Positions 16,460 to 17,123 of a DNA stretch of 17,123 bases are shown here, one piece after another. Position numbers and translations under genes: made by a program. Source of the DNA: Promethearchaeati archaeon (GTDB lineage: Archaea > Asgardarchaeota > Heimdallarchaeia > JABLTI01); contig JABLTI010000058.1 in NCBI GenBank assembly GCA_013166835.1, positions 1-17,123 on the forward strand, given 5' to 3'. How positions within the stretch are numbered: the stretch's first letter is position 1; each line of letters begins with the position of its first letter. A model generated the notes under the pieces. That model was not told the origin of the DNA, did no database searches, and saw nothing but the letters and a program-made list of their open reading frames with translations.

Positions 16460-17122
16460 CTACCAAACATAGAGGTTATCAAAGAAAGCTAAATCATTTG
16501 CAAGACTAACCAAACCAATTTGACCTTTTGCAACACGCATATCATAAAATTCTAGGGAAGGTGTTTCTGAATTATCTACATATATTCTAAAATGATCCAT
16601 GTTAGAATCAATGCGCCAAGTGTACCAAGTATTGTATTCCCTCTCCCAAGCTACTGATGCAATTTTGTGCCAATTGTATCCGTTAGCATCTCCTTCTACA
16701 TAATGAACCGTTAACTCCCCTGGAAGTATTTGGTCTGTTACAGGGTCAACCCAATCAAAAATATCAATTTCTTCAACATGAGGTCCGTTTCTCGGACTAG
16801 GATGATCTTGAGTGTACCAGAGGATGTAAAATTTGGGATATATACCACTGTCATCAAATCTGTAGATGACGCCTGTAGCATCACTACCATTTGTGTTTAA
16901 ATCGCAGGAAATATTGGCATTAGTGAAATTCAGAAGAGGATTTGAAAGTATCACAAATTGACAATCATTATTTATACAATGCCAATAGGTGTTTCCATCA
17001 CTTTTGTCTGTAATCCAATCTGAGAGATTGTGATCATGAAAAAGATCATGTACTCCTAATGAGTGATAAGTCCAATTTGTATTCTCAAAGTTCTCAAAAT
17101 TTTCTCCATAGATAATAGTATT
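16460..17122 (-). CDS. C-terminal part of an extracellular-type protein with a ConA-like/LamG beta-sandwich domain (DUF1080 / thrombospondin-C-like); 5' end outside window
   Basis: The frame stays open beyond 16954 to the window edge (NTIIYGENFENFENTNWTYHSLGVHDLFHDHNLSDWITD...). Motifs GVIYRF, NTWYTWRI...FRIYVD and GQIGL...AFFDNLYV. Confidence 0.7.
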   Translation of the reverse strand, partial: NTIIYGENFENFENTNWTYHSLGVHDLFHDHNLSDWITDKSDGNTYWHCINNDCQFVILSNPLLNFTNANISCDLNTNGSDATGVIYRFDDSGIYPKFYILWYTQDHPSPRNGPHVEEIDIFDWVDPVTDQILPGELTVHYVEGDANGYNWHKIASVAWEREYNTWYTWRIDSNMDHFRIYVDNSETPSLEFYDMRVAKGQIGLVSLANDLAFFDNLYVW

Positions 17123-17123
17123 C

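Noticed and set aside
1-17123. Selenocysteine/pyrrolysine readthrough, inteins, tRNA, CRISPR, IS elements
   Set aside because: Recognised proteins end at their expected C-termini, and by eye I saw no intein motifs, cloverleafs, spaced repeat arrays or transposase.

Overview
AT-rich archaeal chromosomal window. Archaeal-type uS12/uS7, PyrH and an HTH-PRTase, TATA/SD signals, grpE-dnaK and several TPR genes suggest an Asgard (Heimdallarchaeia-like) genome, but that is inference only. In order it holds a partial HTH-phosphoribosyltransferase, class-V PLP enzyme, TPR protein, possible gelsolin-like small protein, double Zn-finger protein, rps12-rps7, wHTH regulator, TPR protein, pyrH, a large PD-(D/E)XK nuclease, a 6-TM protein, grpE-dnaK (no dnaJ), a secreted/anchored CocE/NonD hydrolase, pyrD-pyrK and a partial ConA-like beta-sandwich protein. 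I saw no CRISPR, rRNA, tRNA or mobile element. The most notable observations are a ~130-aa histone-H1-like Lys/Ala/Pro tail fused to uS7, candidate eukaryote-like proteins (gelsolin-like, LIM/PHD-like finger), an orphan nuclease whose RBS lies in an inverted repeat, a repeated TTGCT-N5-AGCAA palindrome upstream of grpE-dnaK, and a probable ACG start codon.
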